From an uncultured Phycisphaerales bacterium (GTDB lineage Bacteria; Planctomycetota; B15-G4; CAYZWU01): a DNA stretch of 64,000 nt. Below, in pieces: positions 10,250 through 19,796 of this stretch. The notes under the pieces are model-generated. The model was not told the DNA's origin. It did not search any database and worked only from the letters and a program-made list of their open reading frames with translations. Location of the stretch: positions 45,461 to 109,460 of the forward strand of contig CAZUHB010000004.1 in assembly GCA_964620445.1 (NCBI GenBank). Reading direction: 5' to 3'. The position numbers and the translations under genes were made by a program. Positions within the stretch are counted from its first letter, which is position 1, and each line of letters starts with the position of its first letter.

Positions 10250-10842
10250 GAATCGGTCTCTTACCGGTTTGGACCGCGTACGGTCCCGATATGATCTACT
10301 TCACCTCGGCCTATTCTACTCGATCTGTTGCACGGCCGTACGACCGAATCATTCATCGGACAGCCGAACCGCTGCGACCATATATTAAGCGAAGAGCGGG
10401 CTCGGCCGTGGCAAGACAAAATATGCCGGAAGCCGTCACGACAAACCGGGCGCCCTTTGGAGAACGCGGTTTCGATCGATCACCGCGTTGCCGAGGCGCG
10501 AAATAATCGGGCGACAGGTTCGGTCACCCAACGATCCAAAAACATATAAAAAACTTAATCCAAGTGCGACCGATAGGTTCTAATTCAAGCACAGAGGTAC
10601 ACCGATTCAGGAGTATTAACACTGCTGTCGTTGATTTGATCGGTATCCATCGCCGCAGGTGATTTTTCCGGCGACCGCCGATTCGTCCCACACCGTGAAT
10701 TTCGCAGCAGAAGACAGCCCACCATACAGAAGAGACGCTCTAAGGATTGCGTGGAAACAGATACGTATTGGGACCGGATCGGAAGAAGGGAGGTTTACTG
10801 ATCAATCCGTGAAGGCTATTCGGTGGCACCCGATTTCATGGC

Positions 10843-11009
10843 TTAACAGGCCGTTGAATAAGTCAATTCGGCTGCGGCCGGCCCTTTTCTCCGATCTCTG
10901 CGTTACGAAATCCTCGACGAATCGACCGATTCGCCTCCGGTTTCGCGCCTTGATCTCGAACAAAATGACTCGGCCTCGCTTTCGAAGCACTTTTTCAACG
11001 GCCTGTTAA
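10843..11009. mobile_element. MITE-like non-coding element: long terminal inverted repeats with TTAA at both ends
   Basis: TTAACAGGCCGTTGAAtAAGT (10843-10863) is the reverse complement of ACTTtTTCAACGGCCTGTTAA (10989-11009) at 20/21 positions. The interior is non-coding with small hairpins. Confidence 0.55.
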
Positions 11010-11021
11010 AGGAGAACAGTT

Positions 11022-12533
11022 ATGAGGAAAGCACTCGTCGTTTTTATGGCTCTTTTCTGTTTGTGCACCGTGGGATTCGCGCAAGTCGCCGATGACGGCT
11101 TGCCCGTCGATCCGTCCGACGTGAGCGCGGTAACGGTCAACACGCGCGCCCAGGGTTCGATTACCACCATTTTCGCTTCCAACAACGGTTATGCCGGCAA
11201 CACTTTCGACATCATGCCCGCCATGGATATGTTCTGTGACGGTCTCGACGTCAACGCGGGATCCGGTGGCGAGACCACCGTGATCGATGTCTACTACATG
11301 CACGGCTCGTGCGTCGGTTTCGAGAACGATCCGTCCGCGTGGACCTTCCTCGGAACCAACACGGCGGTCTCGGCCGGTTTCGACTTGCCGACCTGGATCG
11401 ATTTGACAGGCAATGGTGTCCAGTTCATCGGCGGCGAAACATATGGTATCTACGTGGACGTGGCAAACGACTCCACGTCGCGCATGAACTACACCAATGG
11501 TCAGCACACCTACTCGAACGCCGACATCACCCTGACCACCAACACCGGACAGACCTCGCCCGCGTTCTCGGGCTCCTTTTTCCCGCGTGAGTGGAATGGT
11601 ACCTTCTACTACAACACCTCCGGTGCCGCGACTCCTCTCATCGATGTGGCCTGCAATGGCGAAGATGGCGGCGTGGTGGTCTTCGACGGTGCGAACTGCT
11701 CCCTGACCCTCGATGTCCAGGCTCGCGACTTCGCCGGTTTCCCGGCTGAAGTTTGGGCTCTCGGCCTCGACACGACCACGGGCGGTATCTTCACCTATGG
11801 TGAGTATCCTTCCGCGATCTGGCTGCCTGGTGTGTGCAACTTCTTCTATGCCGGCGGTCTCATGGACTTCGCCGAAGTCTGCCTCGACCAGCCTCTGCCG
11901 GTCGGCGCCTACGAGTTCTATGGCGCGCTCGAGTTCCTGTGCAACGGCCAGCTCAACATGCCTTTCATCTACAAGTACGATGTGGTTGACTTCGAGGTCA
12001 TCGTTCCTCCCACGGAATACAAGTGGGACAGCGGCACGACCGACAACCTCCTCTGCTGGGTGAGCGGTGGCGACATGGTCGGTATGCACTGCTTCGACAC
12101 CATTCCTGGCGGCGAGGCTCTCGTCAACGTGGGAACGATCTTCGGTTCGGTCATGTATTCGGGCTATGCTCCGGGTAACGGTACCGCCACCGACTTCTAC
12201 GTCTGGGAAGCCACCAACTTTGGTGATCCCACCAAGGCTACCCTGCTTACTCAGGGCGTCGGCGTCGTGGGCAATGTCGACACCGACATCCACTACTGGG
12301 ATGCGTGCCCCTGCACCATCACCACGCCGAACTTCTACGTGGCCTACAACCTGCACCACGCTGCTTACCAGTACTGCCTGGCGATCGACAGCACCAACCC
12401 GTACGTGTATGGCGCCGCGTTCTACACCGGTACCACCACCATGTACGGCTTCGATCCCGCGAACCTGTACGGCAACATGTATCCGCCGGCAGAGTCGCCC
12501 TACGGCTTCTGGACCGTGCGTGCCGAGTACTAA
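11022..12533 (+). CDS. Secreted three-module beta-rich protein of unknown function (paralog 1)
   Basis: AAAGGAG RBS; signal peptide MRKALVVFMALFCLCTVGFA; co-linear with 12800-14314; followed by a strong terminator. Confidence 0.85.
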   Translation: MRKALVVFMALFCLCTVGFAQVADDGLPVDPSDVSAVTVNTRAQGSITTIFASNNGYAGNTFDIMPAMDMFCDGLDVNAGSGGETTVIDVYYMHGSCVGFENDPSAWTFLGTNTAVSAGFDLPTWIDLTGNGVQFIGGETYGIYVDVANDSTSRMNYTNGQHTYSNADITLTTNTGQTSPAFSGSFFPREWNGTFYYNTSGAATPLIDVACNGEDGGVVVFDGANCSLTLDVQARDFAGFPAEVWALGLDTTTGGIFTYGEYPSAIWLPGVCNFFYAGGLMDFAEVCLDQPLPVGAYEFYGALEFLCNGQLNMPFIYKYDVVDFEVIVPPTEYKWDSGTTDNLLCWVSGGDMVGMHCFDTIPGGEALVNVGTIFGSVMYSGYAPGNGTATDFYVWEATNFGDPTKATLLTQGVGVVGNVDTDIHYWDACPCTITTPNFYVAYNLHHAAYQYCLAIDSTNPYVYGAAFYTGTTTMYGFDPANLYGNMYPPAESPYGFWTVRAEY

Positions 12534-12587
12534 TCGGATGAGTTGATTGCGCCGCTCCGCGGTGTGATCAGCAGAGTCTAACAAACA

Positions 12588-12619
12588 AAAAGCCCTCTTC
12601 CTTCGGGAAGGGGGCTTTT
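12588..12619 (+). terminator. Intrinsic terminator with cUUCGg tetraloop
   Basis: AAAAGCCCTCTTCC-TTCG-GGAAGGGGGCTTTT downstream of 11022-12533. Confidence 0.85.
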
Positions 12620-12658
12620 AAATCACTGTTCGGCGCAAGACACATAAAGTAAAATAGA

Positions 12659-12688
12659 TTGACAAAGACTCCATTGACGCGGTTTAAT
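12659..12688 (+). promoter_or_regulatory. Candidate sigma70 promoter for paralog 2
   Basis: TTGACA-N18-TTTAAT in an AT-rich patch upstream of 12800. Confidence 0.45.
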
Positions 12689-12799
12689 TAGGATCGGAGA
12701 GATCCTCAGAGAGGTACGCAAAATCAGGAACGATTTCATTTCTTAAAAGAACCGACCGATCGGGACGGGCCTTGTTGCCGAAATCAGGAGGAGACGGAA

Positions 12800-14314
12800 A
12801 TGAAGAAATCACTCATCATTTGCATGGCGTTCTTCTTTGTATGCACACTCGGATCAGCCCAGGACTGCGACAGGGTTTTCGAAAAAACACACGCAACCCC
12901 CGGCGTTCGGGGCGGAGACGTTCAGGGCTCGATCACGACCATGTTCGCCTGGAACGGCGGTTACGCGGGCAACACCTTCGACATCACCGCCAACGTGGAT
13001 ATCTATTGTGACGGGATCGATGTCAACTGGATCTCGGCCGGCGAGACGATCACCGTCGAGATGTACTACAAGACAGGAACGGCTTACGGTTACGAAACCG
13101 ATCCGGGCGCGTGGACCCTGCTCGGCACCAACAGCGCCGCTGCTGCCGGCCCCGACCTGCCGACGTGGATCGACCTGAGCGGCAACGGCATCTTGTTCGC
13201 GGAAAATCACGAGATGGGCTGCGCGGTTCATGTCAACAACTACCCAGATCTGTATGGATTTCTCGGCTACACGAACGGGACCTGGATCTTCAGCAACGAC
13301 GACATCACGGAGCTGGAAGTCCACCACGGGCTCGCCGACCCGGTCTTCAGCTACGGCTTCTATCCCCGCTGCTGGAACGGCACCTTCCACTACAACATGA
13401 CCGGAATCGCCACGCCTCTCATCGATGTGAAGTGCAATGGCGAGGATGACAGGGTCGAGATCTACGACGGCGCGAACTGCACCCTCACCCTCGATGTCAC
13501 GCCCCGCGACTTCGCCGGCTACCCGGCCGAGATCTGGGTCCTCGGAATGAACAAGACCACGGGCGGCATCTTCACCTATGGCGAATACCCTTCGGCGATC
13601 TGGCTGCCCGGCGCCAACAACGCCTTCTTCGGCGGCGGCCTCATCGACATTTCTGAAACATGCCTCGACCAGCCTCTGCCGATCGGCTCCTACGAGGTCT
13701 ACGGCGCGTACGAGTTTCTCGTGAACGGCCAGCTCAATCTGCCCTTCGTCTACAAGTACGATCTGGTCGACTTCGAGGTCATCGAGCCTCCCACGGATTA
13801 CAAGTGGGACACTGGCACGACCAACAACCTGCTCTGCTGGGTGAGTGGAGGCGACATCGTCGGCATGCATTGCTTCGACACGATCCCGGGCGGCGAGGTC
13901 CTGAAGAAGGTGGGTACGATCTTCGGATCGGCGATGTACCACGGTTACGCGCCCGGCAACGGCACGCGCACCGCCTTTTACGTTTGGGAAGCCACCAACT
14001 TCGGCGATCCCACCACCGCCACCCTGCTCGCCCAGGGCACCAGTATCGTGCAGAATGTCGACACCGACATACACTGGTGGGACTCCTGTCCCTGCATCGT
14101 CCTCGAGCCGAACTTCTGGATTGCCTACAACCTGCGTCACGACCCTTACGAGTACTGCCTGTCGATCGACGATACCAACCTGTACGTGCAGGGTGCCGCG
14201 TTCTACGCCGGCACCAACACCAAGTACGGCTTCGACCCGACGAACCTCTACATCAACCAGTATCCGCCGGACGAGTCGCCCTACGGCTTCTGGACCGTTC
14301 GCGCCGAATATTGA
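12800..14314 (+). CDS. Secreted three-module beta-rich protein of unknown function (paralog 2)
   Basis: AGGAGG RBS; signal peptide; shares long identical stretches with paralog 1 (GGIFTYGEYPSAIWLPG, LLCWVSGGD, ESPYGFWTVRAEY). Confidence 0.85.
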   Translation: MKKSLIICMAFFFVCTLGSAQDCDRVFEKTHATPGVRGGDVQGSITTMFAWNGGYAGNTFDITANVDIYCDGIDVNWISAGETITVEMYYKTGTAYGYETDPGAWTLLGTNSAAAAGPDLPTWIDLSGNGILFAENHEMGCAVHVNNYPDLYGFLGYTNGTWIFSNDDITELEVHHGLADPVFSYGFYPRCWNGTFHYNMTGIATPLIDVKCNGEDDRVEIYDGANCTLTLDVTPRDFAGYPAEIWVLGMNKTTGGIFTYGEYPSAIWLPGANNAFFGGGLIDISETCLDQPLPIGSYEVYGAYEFLVNGQLNLPFVYKYDLVDFEVIEPPTDYKWDTGTTNNLLCWVSGGDIVGMHCFDTIPGGEVLKKVGTIFGSAMYHGYAPGNGTRTAFYVWEATNFGDPTTATLLAQGTSIVQNVDTDIHWWDSCPCIVLEPNFWIAYNLRHDPYEYCLSIDDTNLYVQGAAFYAGTNTKYGFDPTNLYINQYPPDESPYGFWTVRAEY

Positions 14315-14323
14315 CCGGCCCGC

Positions 14324-16087
14324 TCAAATCATGATCGGGCTGTCCGGTCCCACGGCGAACCCGAACAGGTACCAGACGATGAGCAACAAGATCCACCCGA
14401 TGAGCAGGAAGTTGGCGAAGGGGATCAGGTAGGAGAGCACGGTGCCCACCCTGCCCTTCTCCTTGTCGTGTTCGGCGATCCAGCCGAGCAGCACGGGAAA
14501 GAAGGGATAGAGCGGGCTCACGCAATTCGTGATCGAGTCGCCGATCCGATAGAGGAGCTGGGTGAAGGCCGGGTGATAGTCGAGGGACAGGAACATGGGA
14601 ACAAAGATCGGCGCGAAGATCGCCCACTTGGCCGAAGCGCTCCCCATGAAGAGATTGGCCACGGCGATGATCGCCACGAAGGCGATGAAGAAGGGGACGG
14701 GATAACTCTCCATGCCGGCCGAACGCAGCAGGTCGGCGCCCTTGATCGCGATGAGCGAATCGATGTTGGCGAACTGGAACATCTCGGTGAACTGGGCGAT
14801 CACGAGGATGAGCACGATGTAGGTGCCCATGCGCTTCATCGCGTTGACCATGAAGCCGATGATGTCGTCGGCCTTCTTGATCGAGCCGGTCACCTTGCCG
14901 TAAACGATCCCGCCCGCGGCAAAGATCGTGAAGAGGATCGGGATCAACCCCCTGAAGAAATTCGACCGCCAGATCAGATCGGGATTGGGATCGGGATTCC
15001 GGAGCCACCCCTTCTCCGGAAGGATGGTGATCAGCCACACGCCGATGACGAGAGCCACGCCGATGGCGGCGAAGAGGAGCCCTTTCTTCTCCGCCGGAGT
15101 GAGCGGCTCCACCTTCTTGATCCCCGCCGCGGCGGTCTTCTCGAAACGGGGCTCGATGTACCACTTTGTCACGAAGGTGCCCACGACGGCGAGAAAGATC
15201 ACCGACACGCTCATGAAGTACCAGTTGGAAAAGACGTTGATCTCCGGGTTGTTCCCCGTGGCCGCGTTGGTGAGCGACATGGCCATCACGTCAGTGCCGG
15301 CCGGAAAAAAATTAGCCGTGAATCCGGCCGTGGCGCCCACGTAACCCACGAGCAGACCGATGATCGGATTCTTGCCGAGCTGCTTGAAAATGGCCGCGGC
15401 CAGCGGCGGGATCACCACGACCCCCGCGTCCGAACCGACATTGCCGCATGCGGCGAGAACGAAGAGCGCCGGAGTGATGAGCAGGGCGGGCACCACATTG
15501 GCCACGCCCCGCATGAGGGCCGGGATCAGTCCCGCGCCCTCGGCAATGGCCACGCCCATGAGCATGACGAGCACCATGCCGAGCGGCTCGAAGTGGGCGA
15601 AGTTGCTCACCATGTTGAGCACGAACCAGTTGAGCCCCTCCTTGGAGAGCAGGTTGCGCACCGGCACCTCGCGCGCGCGGTTCACGATGTGGATCCGGTA
15701 GGTTCCACCCTCGCGCAGGCAGGCGAATCGATCCCGCGAAACGGTCAAGCTCTTGAGCGCCGATCTGTGGATCGACTCCTCGTGGATCTTTCCCGAGTCG
15801 TCGTGGATCTCCACGAAGAGGTTGTTCAGGCGGGCGTTGTGCGACGCCTTCTCCATGTCGACCACGAACGGTTCGAATCGGGAGTTCACCTCGAACCGCC
15901 GGCCGTCGAACTGGCGGCCCTGCTCGACCGATTTGAGGAGCTGTGTTTCGGGAGCCACGGCCGTGACGCCCAGCCCGGCGAGGAGCGCGGAGAGGGCCAG
16001 GATCAATCCGATCAGGATGCAGAAGAGCCAGACGGGGTGGGGGAGCTTGTTGCCATACTTTTCCACACCGTCGAGGAAACGCATCAT
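14324..16087 (-). CDS. abgT: AbgT family (p-aminobenzoyl-glutamate-type) transporter with an extra loop domain
   Basis: FLDGVEKYGNKLPHP, RNLLSKEGL, FMGSASAKWAIFAPIFVPMF, YRIGDSITNCVSP. Start placed at M14 of the track ORF. Confidence 0.88.
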   Translation of the reverse strand: MMRFLDGVEKYGNKLPHPVWLFCILIGLILALSALLAGLGVTAVAPETQLLKSVEQGRQFDGRRFEVNSRFEPFVVDMEKASHNARLNNLFVEIHDDSGKIHEESIHRSALKSLTVSRDRFACLREGGTYRIHIVNRAREVPVRNLLSKEGLNWFVLNMVSNFAHFEPLGMVLVMLMGVAIAEGAGLIPALMRGVANVVPALLITPALFVLAACGNVGSDAGVVVIPPLAAAIFKQLGKNPIIGLLVGYVGATAGFTANFFPAGTDVMAMSLTNAATGNNPEINVFSNWYFMSVSVIFLAVVGTFVTKWYIEPRFEKTAAAGIKKVEPLTPAEKKGLLFAAIGVALVIGVWLITILPEKGWLRNPDPNPDLIWRSNFFRGLIPILFTIFAAGGIVYGKVTGSIKKADDIIGFMVNAMKRMGTYIVLILVIAQFTEMFQFANIDSLIAIKGADLLRSAGMESYPVPFFIAFVAIIAVANLFMGSASAKWAIFAPIFVPMFLSLDYHPAFTQLLYRIGDSITNCVSPLYPFFPVLLGWIAEHDKEKGRVGTVLSYLIPFANFLLIGWILLLIVWYLFGFAVGPDSPIMI

Positions 16088-16284
16088 CACTGTTCTTCGG
16101 TGTGGGTCGTTTGCTGTTCGGCTCATCGCTTTCCACGATCAGGGTGGATTTTGCATCAACGTCAGCGCACCACTATACAGATCTCACCCGGGGTCCGGAA
16201 GCCCGCACACGATTCTTCCTGCCTGTTACATGGACGGTGTCCACCGATATAAGGAGTGTCTATTTCATCCGGGACAGAGCAAAG

Positions 16285-17985
16285 ATGAACAGATTTCTTC
16301 CTCTCCTGCTGGCAGCGCTCGTCGTTATCGCTGTCGTCCTGTTCGTCTCCGCCAAGCGGAAGGATGACAGGGCAACCGTCCTGGCCTCGTCGAAAACCTT
16401 CGCTCCCCAGGAGGAGATCTCCCACACGATCGACGCCAAGGATGATCTCGAAGAGCCGAGAACACCCCTTTTCGCCGAGCCGGCTGAAGCCGTTCCCGAC
16501 GACGTCGATCCGCCGCCTTTCGAGGCGCCCGCCGATCGGGGCTGGAACGTCTGGGGTGTGGTCAGAAGCCTGGACGGCAAACCCGTGGCTGGTGCGCGCG
16601 TTCTTCTCTGGTACGTCGGCGTCGAACAGGCCTGGACAAAGAGAGCCGGCCAACCGCTCCATTGCCCCGCGATGGTCGAGGCATCGACAGGCTCGATCGG
16701 CGTCTACCAGGCCTTCGTGCCCCTTCCCGAGCGATTCGCGAAGCTTGCCGACCTCGCCTGCTTTCCCGGTGAGATCGGCGGAACCGCCGCCGCCCCGCGG
16801 CAGGGATTCGCCGGGGAACCCGACTCGTGCCGACCCTTCCGCCTCCCTTCGCCCGCGGGAAAGGAACGCGTCGTGAGGATCGACTTCGTTCTCGTTCCGG
16901 GCGCGCTCCTCGCGGGACGCGTTCTGACCGCCGAAGGGGCTCCGGTTTACGGAGCGGATGTGACGGCGCACCGTGCCGATCTCTCCAGCAGCCGGCAGGA
17001 GCAGGACCTTCCAATCCATTCCGAGGCGACTACCGATCCCGAGGGCGTCTACGTCATCGCATTCAGGGAGGAATTCCTTTGCGGCTTGAGCGCCCGGAAG
17101 AACGGTGTCGGTGCGGGTTCGGTCGATCCGATCCCCTTGGTTCCGTCCGCCGATCTGGAGGCGCCCGATCTCGTCCTCGGCGATGCGGGCAGGATTTCGG
17201 GTTTGGCGATCTATCCCGACGGCAGCCCGATCGGCGAACTCCCGATCATGGCCCGCGCCGAGAGGATCTTCGATCCCGGGGCCCCGGGGTTGGAACGATC
17301 AACCGTCTTGACCGATCGCGAGGGGAGCTTTGAGTTCCGGGGACTCAAGCCGGGAACATACGACCTCATGACCGACCGGACCAGAGGCCTCTGGGAACTC
17401 CACGACACGGGCGAGCGCGATGTGTGCATCGTTGTCGACGCCCACAGGATCGAGATCGTGCTGCGAGACGAGAAGGGTCTCCTCCTGCCCCGCGTCTTCG
17501 TGAGTTGCCTGGGAGGGTGGAGCGAGCGGAACCGACTCGTGCCTTTCGGCCGGACGATGGAATGGATCGACACCAATCCGGTTCTCGTTGCGGCGGCCGC
17601 GGCCGATCGGATGCCGGCGCGGCAATGGGTGTTCTTCGGCGAGGCGCAACGGGAGGCAACGGTCGAGCTGGTCCTGCCGAAAGCCCTGCCCCCCGGACAG
17701 TTGGACCTGGCCGTCGTCGGTCCCGATGGCAAGCCCGCCCCGTATATCAACGCCCATTTCACCATGATGTCCGATGGCGAAGAATGGTTCGGACACGTGG
17801 ACTGCAACTACTTTTCGAGGAGCGAGAACGGCCGGTTCATGATACCGCTCCTGCCGGGAAAATATTCTTTCTGGATCAGCATGCGGTACTATTCGTCGGC
17901 GCTCATCACCGGTGTGGAGGTCCGTTCAGGAGAGACGACATCCGCCGAGGTCGGTGCTCAAATCGAATGGAATCTGAACAGGTAG
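16285..17985 (+). CDS. Membrane-anchored carboxypeptidase-regulatory-like (Cna-B/transthyretin-like) repeat protein
   Basis: N-terminal hydrophobic anchor MNRFLPLLLAALVVIAVVLF; repeated 'G.V...G.PV.GA.V' and 'TD.EG.F.F.GL.PG.Y' modules. Confidence 0.7.
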   Translation: MNRFLPLLLAALVVIAVVLFVSAKRKDDRATVLASSKTFAPQEEISHTIDAKDDLEEPRTPLFAEPAEAVPDDVDPPPFEAPADRGWNVWGVVRSLDGKPVAGARVLLWYVGVEQAWTKRAGQPLHCPAMVEASTGSIGVYQAFVPLPERFAKLADLACFPGEIGGTAAAPRQGFAGEPDSCRPFRLPSPAGKERVVRIDFVLVPGALLAGRVLTAEGAPVYGADVTAHRADLSSSRQEQDLPIHSEATTDPEGVYVIAFREEFLCGLSARKNGVGAGSVDPIPLVPSADLEAPDLVLGDAGRISGLAIYPDGSPIGELPIMARAERIFDPGAPGLERSTVLTDREGSFEFRGLKPGTYDLMTDRTRGLWELHDTGERDVCIVVDAHRIEIVLRDEKGLLLPRVFVSCLGGWSERNRLVPFGRTMEWIDTNPVLVAAAAADRMPARQWVFFGEAQREATVELVLPKALPPGQLDLAVVGPDGKPAPYINAHFTMMSDGEEWFGHVDCNYFSRSENGRFMIPLLPGKYSFWISMRYYSSALITGVEVRSGETTSAEVGAQIEWNLNR

Positions 17986-18133
17986 CTTTCGCCGCCTATC
18001 CCGGGGACCGATCTGCCAGGGTGGAAAATGTATCAAAATTGACATATCTGTACGGCCATGGTATAAGAAAACCGTCTCCATCGGGATCCTTAACCTGCAT
18101 CACCTGTCGATCACTGTCTCGAACGGGAGAGGG

Positions 18134-19732
18134 ATGATGAACATGAAGAGCTTCCCAACGATCGTGTGCGCGCTCCTTCTGATGGCTCAGGTTTCGTTTG
18201 CCCAGGGGTGGCAGACGATCGGCGCGAACTCGCGGCACAACGGCCGGGGCGATGTGACCGGGCCTCTCGCGCCGGACGTCCTCTGGCAGGGCACGACCGA
18301 GTCGACCTGGTTCGGGTGCCAGTGCTACATCAGCGGCTCGCGCATGGTGACCATGCGGTTCCAGGGCGTGGATGTGTCTCCCATCGTGTGCTACGACGTG
18401 GACACGGGGCAGGAGCTCTGGTCTCTCGACTTCCCCGGGCAGAAGAGCCGTTCCATGCCGCTCGGCTGTCGCGATGGCCGGATCTACGCCGTCAACTACC
18501 AGGAGAACGCGGGCGGCGACGACCTCTATGCCCTCGATCCCCTGGACGGATCCACGATCTGGGTGGCGCCCGCCATGGTGCGTTTCAGCATCGTCCACGC
18601 CCTGACCTACGCGGACAACGGCGATCTCATCGTTCCCACCATGTCTTACATTGCGCGCATCGATTGCGCCGACGGTTCGGTGGTGTGGCAAACGAACCGG
18701 AACATCCCCAACACCATGGCCGAGAGCCTCTGCGTGTACGGCGATCGAATCTACGGTTTCGAAGGATTCATCAACACGGGAAAGAAGCTGGTCGCCTACG
18801 ACCTGACCTCGGGCGTCAAGCTCTACGAGTCGGCCGATCTCCCCGGGGACGGCGATCAGGAGTGCCCTCTCATGGTCGATTCCTACGGCCGCATCTACGT
18901 GATCCGCGACGGATCGGGCCTGATCCGCGCTTTCGACGATACGGGGAGCGGGTTCAGCGAGGTCTGGACCACGCCGACCGCCACGGGCGCGTCCGGTATG
19001 GGCACGTGGTCGCAGTTCGGGACCGGCATCGACGGCACGCTCTACTTCGTCGATGCCGCGGGGGATTCGCTTCAGCGCCTCGATCCTGAAACCGGCGGGG
19101 TTCTCGACCTTTCGCCGACGCTCGCCACGGAGATCCACCCCCGTGTGACCGTGGCGTCGAACGGGCTCCTCTATGTGAGCACCGGAACGGTGGGCGGCAG
19201 CCTCTACTGCCTCACCCCCGATCTCGCGGTGCTCTGGAGCGAAACCTTCAATTACAACTACTACAGCGGCCCGGCCCTGGGAGATCACGGCACGCTCGCC
19301 ATGGCGGGCGACGGCACGAACATCAAGGTCTATCGCACGGACAACACGCTCGTGGCCGACGCGTTCGAGATCTCGATGGCTGCCGGCGGAACGGTTCACT
19401 TCACGCTGCGCGCGGGACAGGCCCATGCCGGCCGGAACTATCTCCTCTGCGGCAGCCTGAGCGGCACCGATCCGGGGACGCTCCTGCCGGGCGGCCTGGT
19501 CACCATTCCGCTGAACCGCGACTGGTTCACCACCTTTATCCTCGAACACCTCTACTGGCCGGTCTTCTCCGAGTTCTGGGGCGTGCTCGACGCGCAGGGG
19601 GAGGCAGTGGTCACGATGGAGGTTCCACCGCTCGGTCCGCAGTGGTACCAGTGGACCCTCTACTTTGCGTTCGCCACGACGAATCCGTGGGATTTCGCGT
19701 CGATACCGGTGGAGGTGTTCATCACCGACTGA
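18134..19732 (+). CDS. Secreted PQQ-like beta-propeller protein with shared C-terminal domain
   Basis: Signal peptide; WQTIGANSRHNG start and repeated 'YALDP.DGS.IW' blades; C-terminus homologous to that of 29063-30382. Confidence 0.8.
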   Translation: MMNMKSFPTIVCALLLMAQVSFAQGWQTIGANSRHNGRGDVTGPLAPDVLWQGTTESTWFGCQCYISGSRMVTMRFQGVDVSPIVCYDVDTGQELWSLDFPGQKSRSMPLGCRDGRIYAVNYQENAGGDDLYALDPLDGSTIWVAPAMVRFSIVHALTYADNGDLIVPTMSYIARIDCADGSVVWQTNRNIPNTMAESLCVYGDRIYGFEGFINTGKKLVAYDLTSGVKLYESADLPGDGDQECPLMVDSYGRIYVIRDGSGLIRAFDDTGSGFSEVWTTPTATGASGMGTWSQFGTGIDGTLYFVDAAGDSLQRLDPETGGVLDLSPTLATEIHPRVTVASNGLLYVSTGTVGGSLYCLTPDLAVLWSETFNYNYYSGPALGDHGTLAMAGDGTNIKVYRTDNTLVADAFEISMAAGGTVHFTLRAGQAHAGRNYLLCGSLSGTDPGTLLPGGLVTIPLNRDWFTTFILEHLYWPVFSEFWGVLDAQGEAVVTMEVPPLGPQWYQWTLYFAFATTNPWDFASIPVEVFITD

Positions 19733-19796
19733 GCCGATGGGAGAGCGACGCTCCCCGCGGGACTGGCCGGTGCATCGTGAGGATAGCCCGGGCCGG

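Noticed and set aside
10824-10838. Sigma54 promoter at TGGCACCCGATTTCA
   Set aside because: The -24 box is good but the -12 position reads CA rather than GC.
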